Of a stretch of 32,632 nucleotides of DNA, positions 26,330-32,632 are shown one piece after another. A program made the position numbers and the translations under genes. The DNA comes from a bacterium (lineage in GTDB: Bacteria; Eisenbacteria; RBG-16-71-46). Position 1 is the first letter of the stretch. The number at the start of each line of letters is the position of its first letter. The DNA is taken from contig JAYWEM010000173.1 of NCBI GenBank assembly GCA_043779265.1, forward strand, positions 1 through 32,632. Reading direction: 5' to 3'. Below the pieces are notes generated by a model. The model saw only the letters and a program-made list of their open reading frames with translations. It searched no databases and was not told the origin of the DNA.

Positions 26330-27069
26330 CGGCCGCGTCGCTGGCGCGCGTCGGTCGGGGCGCGCTGGCCCATGTGCTTGTCGCGGTACATCAGCTTGTC
26401 GGCCTGCGACAGCAGCTCGCCCGCGCTCATCGCGCCGTCCCATTCGACGCCGCCGATGCTGAGCGTGGAGCCGAACGCCGTGCGCGCGCGGAACGTCTCG
26501 GCGGCGCGGCTTGCCATGACCTCGCTGCCCGTCAGGTCGGTGAGCGCGATCACCACGAACTCATCGCCGCCCACGCGGTAGCCGCTGTCGACGCCCTCTC
26601 TCGAACTGCTGCGGATCACGGCGGCGACCATGCGCAGCATCTCGTCGCCGGCGGCGTGGCCGAAGCGGTCGTTCACCGTCTTCAGGTCGTCGACGTCCAT
26701 GAACAGCAGCGTGAGCGGGTGGCTCTGACGGCGCGTGCGCAGCATCGCGCGCGCCAGATCGCGCTCGAGGGCGCGGCGATTGCCGAGTCCGGTGAGGGCA
26801 TCGGTGAGCGTCAGCGCCTCGAGTTCAGTGAGATGGCGGCGCGCCGTCTCGCGCTCGCGGCGGATCAGGATCAGCACCCAACTGCCGAACACCGCCGCGA
26901 CCAGCGACGCAGCAGCCGCGGCCCACAGGTCGCGCGGCGAGCGCGCCAGTTCGCCCGACTCCCATAGCGCCGCCAGCCACGGCATGAGCGCGAGCACGAG
27001 CACCGCGCCGAGCAGTGGCCAGGTCGCCGGCGAGCGGCGAGGCGGGATGGGGAGTTGGTGGTGGAGCAT
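26326..27069 (-). CDS. Membrane-bound diguanylate cyclase (2 TM helices + GGDEF domain)
   Basis: TDALTGLGNRR, MDVDDLKTVNDRFGHAAGDEML, intact RVGGDEF, ADKLMYRDK. Confidence 0.93.
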   Translation of the reverse strand: MLHHQLPIPPRRSPATWPLLGAVLVLALMPWLAALWESGELARSPRDLWAAAAASLVAAVFGSWVLILIRRERETARRHLTELEALTLTDALTGLGNRRALERDLARAMLRTRRQSHPLTLLFMDVDDLKTVNDRFGHAAGDEMLRMVAAVIRSSSREGVDSGYRVGGDEFVVIALTDLTGSEVMASRAAETFRARTAFGSTLSIGGVEWDGAMSAGELLSQADKLMYRDKHMGQRAPTDARQRRGR

Positions 27070-27234
27070 GTCGCGCTCCAATGTAGCAGAGGGATGCTCG
27101 CCTCCCTCTAATTGTACCGACGGCCATCGAGGTCCGACCGCGAGGTGCAACCCCTTCCGGCAGAGGCGGTTCCGCTGCTACTGTCGTGCCCGACACTCGC
27201 ACTTGCGTCCGCCGTCCACGAAGGGAGCATCCCC

Positions 27235-27684
27235 ATGCCCGAGGTCCAGAGCAGCGCCCGCGTGCGCCCGCTCGATGAGCTCGACATCGCCGGCATCATC
27301 CGGATCGATGAGCGCATCACCAGTCAGTACAAACCCGATCTGTGGGAGCAGCGCGTGGCGTACTACCTGCGCCGCGACCCGCTCGCATCGCAAGTGGTCG
27401 AAGTGGACGGCAAGGTGGTGGGATTCATGCTCGCCGATGTGCGCGCCGGCGAGTTCGGGCTCGAGGAGCCGAGCGGCTGGGTGGAGCGCTTCGGCATCGA
27501 CCCCGACTTCCGCGGCAAGGACCTGGGCCGGTCGCTCTTCGAGGCGATCGTGGCGCACTTCCGTGCATGCGGGATCAAGAACGTCCGGACGCTGGTGGAT
27601 CAGAGTGACACCGGCATCACCGGTTTTCTTGGAAGCATCGGTTTCCGACCCTCGGCGCTCCAGGCGCTCGAGATGCAGCTCTGA
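27235..27684 (+). CDS. GNAT-family N-acetyltransferase (149 aa)
   Basis: SD GGGAG; VRPLDELDI, VDGKVVGF, acetyl-CoA motif GIDPDFRGKDLGRSL, FLGSIGF. Confidence 0.9.
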   Translation: MPEVQSSARVRPLDELDIAGIIRIDERITSQYKPDLWEQRVAYYLRRDPLASQVVEVDGKVVGFMLADVRAGEFGLEEPSGWVERFGIDPDFRGKDLGRSLFEAIVAHFRACGIKNVRTLVDQSDTGITGFLGSIGFRPSALQALEMQL

Positions 27685-27700
27685 GAAGAGGAGTGACCCC

Positions 27701-29047
27701 GTGTTGAAGGTCGAGACCGTCGAGCTTCCGAAGAAATATCACAGCGCCGTGGAGCATTGGCGCCGGCACAACTTCAAGGACTATGACTCGCTGGCCGAGA
27801 GTTGGCAGAAGTACTTCCCGACCGACGAGCCGTTCTGCCTGTGCGCCAAGATGGAGCTGGGCACGCCGGACGTGATCCAGATCGGCGAGCAGAAGGGCGA
27901 GAAGAAGAAGCTGAAGCCCGACGAGCTCACCGAGAGCCAGGCGATGCACCTGCTCGCCATCATCAAGGCGCAGGCCTCGACCGAGTTCGGCTCCATCCAG
28001 CAGCACGCCGGCACGCTCGACCGCGCCATGGACGACCAGGATCGCGCCTGGGTCACGCGCGTGATGGCAGAGGAGCTGCGGCACGGCTACCAGATGCTGC
28101 ACCTGCTTCTGACCGAGGACTGGTCGCACGTCTCGGGCGGGATCACCGGCGAGCAGATGGTCGAGGAGATCCTCTCCATGACCACCGGCAGCCACGTGCT
28201 CGACAGCTTCAACCTCGACTACGACTCGTTCGTCGACAACGTCACGTTCGCCGCGATCATCGACCGCGTCGGCAAGTACCAGCTCACGATGCAGAAGGTG
28301 TGCGCCTACAAGCCGATGGCCGACTCCATGCCGCCGATGCTGCGCGAGGAGGCGTTCCACCTCGCCGCCGGCGTGATCCCGATGCGCCGCTGGGCGCAGA
28401 AGGCGGCGCAGGGCGACCCGCTCATCTCGATGCACATGATGCAGCACTCGCTCAACAAGTGGGTGCCGCGCGGGCTCGAGATGTTCGGCGACGAACGAGG
28501 CGGCGACACCAACATCAAGTACGGATTCAAGGACCTCACCAACAACGAGGCCGTGGAGCAGTACATCGTCGAGATCATCAAGATGATCCGCGACATCAAC
28601 TCGCGGTTCCTGCGCGCGCGCTTCCCCGACTACTCGCCCGACAAGGTCGACCATGTGCTCTCGGAGCTCGAGAGCGGGCGTGGCACCCATCACGGCGTGC
28701 GCTTCGAGGACCTGCTGCGCGTGCCCGACAAGCGGTTCTTCCGACGCAAGGGCGTGCACGCATTCGAGATGGTGGGCATCGACGGCGAGGAGTTCACCGA
28801 CGTCGAGGCCTATCTGCACTATCTCGCCAAGCACTTGAACGACGGCTACGTGGCGAGCCGCGACCTGCGCAACTACGCCGACGCGCTGCGCAAGGTGGGC
28901 GCGGGCGAGCTGACGCGCGACCAGGCCGTGAAGGCCATGCCCAAGCTGAAGCGCGTGGGCGGCAGCTGCCCGTGCTCACGCTCGGTGCGCTGGGTGATGG
29001 AGGAGTCGAACGGCGACGAGACCACCGTGGCGGTGCGCAAGCAGTGA
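27701..29047 (+). CDS. Ferritin-like di-iron protein of the BoxB/PaaA aromatic-CoA epoxidase family (448 aa)
   Basis: SD GAGGAG before GTG. QASTEFGSIQQ, EELRHG, IDRVGKYQL and MLREEAFH parallel the BoxB metal-ligand motifs (two ExxH plus E and D ligands). Confidence 0.8.
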   Translation: MLKVETVELPKKYHSAVEHWRRHNFKDYDSLAESWQKYFPTDEPFCLCAKMELGTPDVIQIGEQKGEKKKLKPDELTESQAMHLLAIIKAQASTEFGSIQQHAGTLDRAMDDQDRAWVTRVMAEELRHGYQMLHLLLTEDWSHVSGGITGEQMVEEILSMTTGSHVLDSFNLDYDSFVDNVTFAAIIDRVGKYQLTMQKVCAYKPMADSMPPMLREEAFHLAAGVIPMRRWAQKAAQGDPLISMHMMQHSLNKWVPRGLEMFGDERGGDTNIKYGFKDLTNNEAVEQYIVEIIKMIRDINSRFLRARFPDYSPDKVDHVLSELESGRGTHHGVRFEDLLRVPDKRFFRRKGVHAFEMVGIDGEEFTDVEAYLHYLAKHLNDGYVASRDLRNYADALRKVGAGELTRDQAVKAMPKLKRVGGSCPCSRSVRWVMEESNGDETTVAVRKQ

Positions 29048-29068
29048 GGGGCGCCGCCGCCCTGATGT

Positions 29069-29108
29069 CCCGAGCGCCGCTCCGCGATGCCGCGGGGCGG
29101 CGTTCGGG
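29069..29108 (+). terminator. Terminator-like hairpin ending the GNAT-di-iron operon
   Basis: 18-bp stem CCCGAGCGCCGCTCCGCG-ATGC-CGCGGGGCGGCGTTCGGG. Its two G-U pairs form only on the + strand transcript. Confidence 0.65.
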
Positions 29109-29112
29109 CTTC

Positions 29113-30864
29113 CTACCGCACCACCGCGACCTTGACAGCCGCCGACTGCACGCCGCTGGAACTCGTCGCGCGCAGCAGGTAGAGCCCCGGGCGCAGGCGC
29201 GGGATCTCGGAGAGGGACAGTCGCACCACGTCCCTGCCGAGCCCGCCCGTTGTCGTGCGGTGCACCGCTACCGTGCGGCCCTGCAGATCGAGCAGGCGGA
29301 GTTCGATGCTCTCCGTGCGGGCGCCCGTGAGCTCGATCCTCAGCTCATCGGAGGCGGGGTTGGCGGAGCGAAGTGAGACTCCGAGCCGGGAGGTGCGAGG
29401 CAGCCACTCCGCGCTCTCGCCGCTCTCCCAGAGGTAGCGGACATCGCGGCACTCGCGCCTGATGCGGTAGCGCAGGCGGGCGCTTGGAGGGGCGGAGGAG
29501 TCCGCCCAGGTCATGCGCACCTCGTCCTTGGCGATCTCCCGTCCCAGCGGCTCGAACGGCCCGTCATCCACTGAGCGCAGCACCCTCCAGGCGCTCTCGG
29601 GCGTGCGTTCGGTGAGCGTCCAGCGCAGGCGCGGCCGGCCGGCATCGTCCTCAATCGTGGGGGGCTCGCACGTTGAAGTGGCGTAGGAGTGGAGCCAGTA
29701 GACGCTGTCCGGAAACAAGTTCGACCAAGCGAGCCAGACATCGCCATTCTCGTCACGAGCGATGAATGGCGGACCAGCACCGCGAGAGCCGGGTATGAAC
29801 TCGCCGGTGCCATACTTGCCTGAGTCCGGTACCGCGACATGGGCGTACTGCGCACCCGTGATACTACTGTACGAGGCTGCGGAGAGTGTGGGAAGTGGCC
29901 TCCCATCTTGGCTGCCATCCGTCTCGTAGAAGTAGTGCTGCCTGGGCAGGTCCTCGGCGACGGCCCAGTAGACCGCCACGAGCGGCCCCCAGGCGCGGTC
30001 GGCGAGCGAGAACACTCGATAGACACTGTTCGCCGCCGTGCTTCCGTAGAACACGAGCAAGCTGTCCGCGGTCCTCTGTCGGATGACCGGGAACCCCCCT
30101 CCGTAGAAGAACTGGACGAGCTCCGGCGCGCGGACCCAGCGGTCCTCGCCGATGAGCCCCCACCACAGGCCGGAACCCGTGTCGGCGTCCTGAGTCCACA
30201 CCACCAGACAGGTGGTGTCGTCCATCGGCCGAAGCGACGCGATGATGTGCGCCCGCCCGCCATCTGGAGGTGGCGGGATCCTCGTCCAAGTCGTCTGGGT
30301 TGTGTCGCCCCGCCGCTTCGAGCGAAGGGCGAGCAACACACCGACACCAGACGGTCCGATCTCGGGCGCCGACGCCCATGCGAGTTGTCTCGACGCTGCA
30401 CCACTGACCGCGTGGCTCGAACAGTTGCGGATGCCAACCGAGTCGACCGGAGTGACATCCGAACCCCGCACGAAGCGGACGCCGAACCAACAATCAGTGT
30501 TGCCCGTGGTCGCGGAGTACGTGAGCATCTGGATCGAGTCCGGGTTCGAGAGCGGGAGCACTCGCGCGACCGACTGCGCCGACGAGAAGCCCCAGCGCGA
30601 GACCCACGCGCTGTCTCTCCACTCGAATCCGTAGGTCCGTTGCGAGTCCGGGCCACCGAATCCGGTGGCGACCAACTCGATGCGGCCCCCGGTCGTCGGC
30701 TCGAACCGCTGCGCCATTGTTCCCGCATGGCCCGCGGCGACGAACCCGCGGATCGGCGTCCATGCTCGTCCGGGAGGAGCGGCATGGACCCACCCACTCG
30801 TGGCCGCAACGGCAGCGATCACGAACACGAAATGCATCCCGCGAAGCGATGCGCGCTCTGACAT
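29113..30864 (-). CDS. Secreted beta-rich protein (possible propeller) with an FN3-like segment and a C-terminal T9SS-CTD/FlgD-like domain (583 aa; alternative start 30837)
   Basis: Signal peptide ends WVHA-APP. Trp/Gly-rich beta segments. C-terminus ANPASDELRIEL...LRLLDLQGRTV...LRPGLYLLRA...KVAVVR. Confidence 0.75.
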   Translation of the reverse strand: MSERASLRGMHFVFVIAAVAATSGWVHAAPPGRAWTPIRGFVAAGHAGTMAQRFEPTTGGRIELVATGFGGPDSQRTYGFEWRDSAWVSRWGFSSAQSVARVLPLSNPDSIQMLTYSATTGNTDCWFGVRFVRGSDVTPVDSVGIRNCSSHAVSGAASRQLAWASAPEIGPSGVGVLLALRSKRRGDTTQTTWTRIPPPPDGGRAHIIASLRPMDDTTCLVVWTQDADTGSGLWWGLIGEDRWVRAPELVQFFYGGGFPVIRQRTADSLLVFYGSTAANSVYRVFSLADRAWGPLVAVYWAVAEDLPRQHYFYETDGSQDGRPLPTLSAASYSSITGAQYAHVAVPDSGKYGTGEFIPGSRGAGPPFIARDENGDVWLAWSNLFPDSVYWLHSYATSTCEPPTIEDDAGRPRLRWTLTERTPESAWRVLRSVDDGPFEPLGREIAKDEVRMTWADSSAPPSARLRYRIRRECRDVRYLWESGESAEWLPRTSRLGVSLRSANPASDELRIELTGARTESIELRLLDLQGRTVAVHRTTTGGLGRDVVRLSLSEIPRLRPGLYLLRATSSSGVQSAAVKVAVVR

Positions 30865-30870
30865 GAGAAG

Positions 30871-30901
30871 AATCTACTTGCATCGGGGGGGGGGGGGGCA
30901 A
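30871..30901 (-). promoter_or_regulatory. Putative leaderless sigma70 promoter with a poly(C/G)14 tract running from the -35 into the spacer
   Basis: Minus strand TTGCCC (30901-30896), 19-nt spacer, TAGATT (30876-30871), 6 nt, ATG (30864). G14 run at 30885-30898. Confidence 0.5.
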
Positions 30902-31013
30902 GGGATGCTGCGCGCGTGCTCGGAGTCACCGCGATCGCCACCGACGAGCCGAAGGGGTCGGTTCCGTCGAAGCCTCGTGCGCCACGGCTGGCGGAGCACC
31001 GAAGGAGGTTCGC

Positions 31014-32632
31014 ATGTCACGACTCGTGGTGACCTGTCTCGTCCTGATCCTCGGCTGGTGCGCGCCGGCAGCCACCGCGGCGCCGGATCGCTGCGCGACG
31101 CCGACCGCCGCGACCACCAATCCACCGAACCCGACCAACGAGTTCAAGATGTTCCGCCCTGGGACACTTGGCGCGGACACCTACTACCGGGATCTCGAAT
31201 TCGGGTGGGACGCGCTGTACGCTGCCAACTTGGTCGGCACTACGCTCGGTCCGATCGAGAAGACCCTGGTCCGCTTCGCCGGTTCGCTCGTCGACTCGAC
31301 CGGGCCCAGCCCCATCGCCACCGATGGGCGAGGCGTTCAGGTCATCAACGACTTCTTCCGACGCGAGGGTATGGACTGGACGGATGTTCCGAGCGTGACG
31401 CCTCTCCGCCTCGGAGTGCCCGGCTGGGTTGTCGGAAACGTGAACACCTGTCCTGCCGACGACCGGGGCCACGCCGACCTCTACCTCACGCTGCCCAGTC
31501 GCCTCTATCCGAACGGAGCGAGCTACGGCGGGCGCTACCCGTCTGCTTGGAACTCGCCGAAGGAGGACCTCACCTCGGGCCACCCCGAGGGCGAGATCCT
31601 CAACGCCAACTCGATCAGCCTCGACGGCCCGCCTCCGGGGCAGGAGATCGACACGCTCGGCACCGGATGGACCAGGCCGCGAACCAAGATGCAGACGGAG
31701 TTCCATCACGAGCTGCAGCACGCGCTCCCACCGAATCAGGACGCTGGCCCGTCAACGGAATTCTGGTCCGCCGGCGCCGAGGCCGTGGGCGGCTACTATG
31801 CTCCTGATCCGCCGTACGAGTTCCCCTATGACGCGACAATGGTCGAGGTCTATCAGGCGCGCACGGCATTCATGGCCTACGTCGCCTACAATTTCCTCAA
31901 CGCGGATTCGGCGAGGACGTTGTCGGGCATGCGCGACGACGTGCTCTTCAAGTGGGCCAAGGCACGCGCCAACAATCAGCACGGGTTCGGGACCCTCCAA
32001 CCACTGCTCGCGGACGCGGAATGTGCGACCTGCGCGAACCGCCAGTACTTCCGTCCGGGTGGAGTCCCACTGGACGGAGTGAGCCGCGTCGGCGTGCTCC
32101 TGCATAACTGGCGTGTCGCCATGTTCGCCGACCACCCCACGCTCGATGAACGACAGTACGGGTATCCCGCCTGGTCCGGTTTCAAGCCGTCCACCAGTGT
32201 GAGCGCGTTCAAGACCAAGGATGGCAACGCGGGCAACGACCTGGTCGCGCTGCCCATGGTCGTCGATCTCACCTCGGCGATCCTCGGCCAACCACTCGAG
32301 TTCAAGTGGACGCGACAGTTCCGCGGGGCGACCCGGCAGCTGGCTCTCGCGCACATGGGCGCACACTACTGGGTGATCCGGGCGGGCAGCGGCCTCACGA
32401 GTCAGAATCGCAAGCTCGTGCTTCGCTTCCTTCCCTATCGGTCACTGGGGTCGTCCGGGACTTCTGCGAACGCCGAAGTCGATGGCGGCCGCGTTCATCT
32501 CTCGGCCATTCGATATGGCCACGCGGATTCGGGCACGGTGGACGAGTCCGTGCTCTGGCAGCATCCAGAGTGGATCAACGGGGTCACGCCCATCGTGTCG
32601 GCTGACATGGACGGCGTGCCGGGGGATCTGTC
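31014..32632 (+). CDS. Large secreted gluzincin-type metalloprotease, 3' truncated (at least 539 aa; absent from the ORF track)
   Basis: SD AAGGAGGT then ATG 31014. Signal peptide MSRLVVTCLVLILGWCAPAATA. Frame stays open to the window end. HHELQHA (HExxH at 31707-31721) followed by STEFWSAGAE. Confidence 0.8.
   Translation, partial: MSRLVVTCLVLILGWCAPAATAAPDRCATPTAATTNPPNPTNEFKMFRPGTLGADTYYRDLEFGWDALYAANLVGTTLGPIEKTLVRFAGSLVDSTGPSPIATDGRGVQVINDFFRREGMDWTDVPSVTPLRLGVPGWVVGNVNTCPADDRGHADLYLTLPSRLYPNGASYGGRYPSAWNSPKEDLTSGHPEGEILNANSISLDGPPPGQEIDTLGTGWTRPRTKMQTEFHHELQHALPPNQDAGPSTEFWSAGAEAVGGYYAPDPPYEFPYDATMVEVYQARTAFMAYVAYNFLNADSARTLSGMRDDVLFKWAKARANNQHGFGTLQPLLADAECATCANRQYFRPGGVPLDGVSRVGVLLHNWRVAMFADHPTLDERQYGYPAWSGFKPSTSVSAFKTKDGNAGNDLVALPMVVDLTSAILGQPLEFKWTRQFRGATRQLALAHMGAHYWVIRAGSGLTSQNRKLVLRFLPYRSLGSSGTSANAEVDGGRVHLSAIRYGHADSGTVDESVLWQHPEWINGVTPIVSADMDGVPGDL

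Noticed and set aside
26735..29047. 770-aa fusion ORF, and the similar 5' extensions 18011..19882, 9983..11659 and 1035..2066
   Set aside because: The N-terminal parts overlap other genuine genes in different frames and are Arg/Ser/Pro-rich noise. SD sites or stop-start overlaps mark the real starts.

Overview
A 32.6 kb, very GC-rich, gene-dense bacterial chromosomal window with about 27 CDSs and no rRNA, tRNA, CRISPR array or recognisable transposase. The abundance of secreted proteins with FlgD-Ig/T9SS-like C-terminal domains and a short 'SWGxIKxxYR' tail suggests an FCB-related diderm lineage such as Ca. Eisenbacteria (inference only). Housekeeping and metabolic genes: nth, lysC-pabB-pabC, a MATE exporter, an SsnA-like amidohydrolase, three alpha/beta hydrolases and a GGDEF cyclase. 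Accessory content: two large secreted gluzincin-type metalloproteases (one runs off the right edge and is missing from the ORF track), outer-membrane beta-barrels, a reeler/choice-of-anchor-V protein, a membrane-anchored LuxR regulator divergent from a haem-binding cytochrome, a solo Cas4/AddB-like nuclease and a GNAT + BoxB/PaaA-like di-iron operon. The strongest leads are: (1) a DUF222-like HNH endonuclease ending in a RuvA domain-III-like (RuvB-binding) module; (2) a short C-terminal SWGTIKARYRR motif sitting where a sorting domain would be, a candidate alternative export signal; (3) a G14 tract inside the -35/-10 spacer of a predicted leaderless promoter, a candidate phase-variation switch; (4) an orphan BoxB-like oxygenase paired only with a GNAT. 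All family calls come from motifs read by eye; no database searches were run.
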